Shown in pieces: positions 17,097 through 17,230 of a stretch of 17,230 nucleotides of DNA (positions are counted from its first letter, which is position 1; the number at the start of each line of letters is the position of its first letter). Under the pieces are notes generated by a model. The model saw only the letters and a list, made by a program, of their open reading frames with translations. It had not been told where the DNA came from and did not search any database. A program made the position numbers and the translations under genes. This stretch comes from Desulfurella sp. (GTDB lineage Bacteria > Campylobacterota_A > Desulfurellia > Desulfurellales > Desulfurellaceae), in NCBI GenBank assembly GCA_031960885.1, contig JAVRLY010000028.1, forward strand, positions 1 through 17,230, read 5' to 3'.

Positions 17097-17230
17097 TTGT
17101 TTATTTCAACAAAAGAAGATATAGTAAATGCAAAAGTAACAGATGTATACTTTGATAGAGCCGTTTACGCATTAAAGGTAAAAGGATTAGATAAAAGGGT
17201 AAAAGCAGAAGTTAGTGTTAAAAAATTGCC
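17097..17230 (+). CDS. nicotinate phosphoribosyltransferase, archaeal/Thermoplasma-like subfamily (partial, 5' end only)
   Basis: Not in the ORF track. TTG start after AGGGGG; open to the edge: MFISTKEDIVNAKVTDVYFDRAVYALKVKGLDKRVKAEVSVKKL. The pattern (I/A)xxEDIxxxxx(T/S)DVYFxR...V-AE matches, from my recall, the N-terminus of this NAPRTase subfamily. Confidence 0.72.
   Translation, partial: MFISTKEDIVNAKVTDVYFDRAVYALKVKGLDKRVKAEVSVKKL

Noticed and set aside
14760..17230. Apparent switch from C>G (mscS) to G>C (holin-like, NAPRTase) on the plus strand
   Set aside because: Judged only from small hand-counted samples and explainable by amino-acid composition. Too short to infer an origin/terminus or foreign DNA.

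Overview
AT-rich bacterial core-genome window with no mobile element, CRISPR array or RNA gene. The minus strand (1-14683) carries a tightly packed run: mobA - rpoD (primary sigma70) - RsuA/RluB-family pseudouridine synthase - 158-bp spacer - complex I-like operon nuoA-B-C-D-G-H-I-J-K-L-M-N, with nuoN cut by the window edge. The operon has no nuoE/nuoF (NADH-binding N-module) and no substitute genes, since nuoD abuts nuoG with a 9-bp gap. NuoG keeps motifs for five Fe-S clusters, so the electron donor may not be NADH. The plus strand (14760-17230) carries a divergent run: MscS channel with a large extracytoplasmic coiled-coil domain, a YvlD/phage-holin-4-2-family membrane protein, and the 5' end of an archaeal-type nicotinate phosphoribosyltransferase missed by the ORF track. 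The two runs appear to be driven by back-to-back sigma70 promoters whose -35 boxes form a perfect palindrome and whose predicted start sites fall on the start codons (possibly leaderless). The NuoG motif HPLQCGVCDKSGEC and the missing nuoEF suggest a Campylobacterota relative (e.g. Desulfurella-like); this taxon call is inference only.
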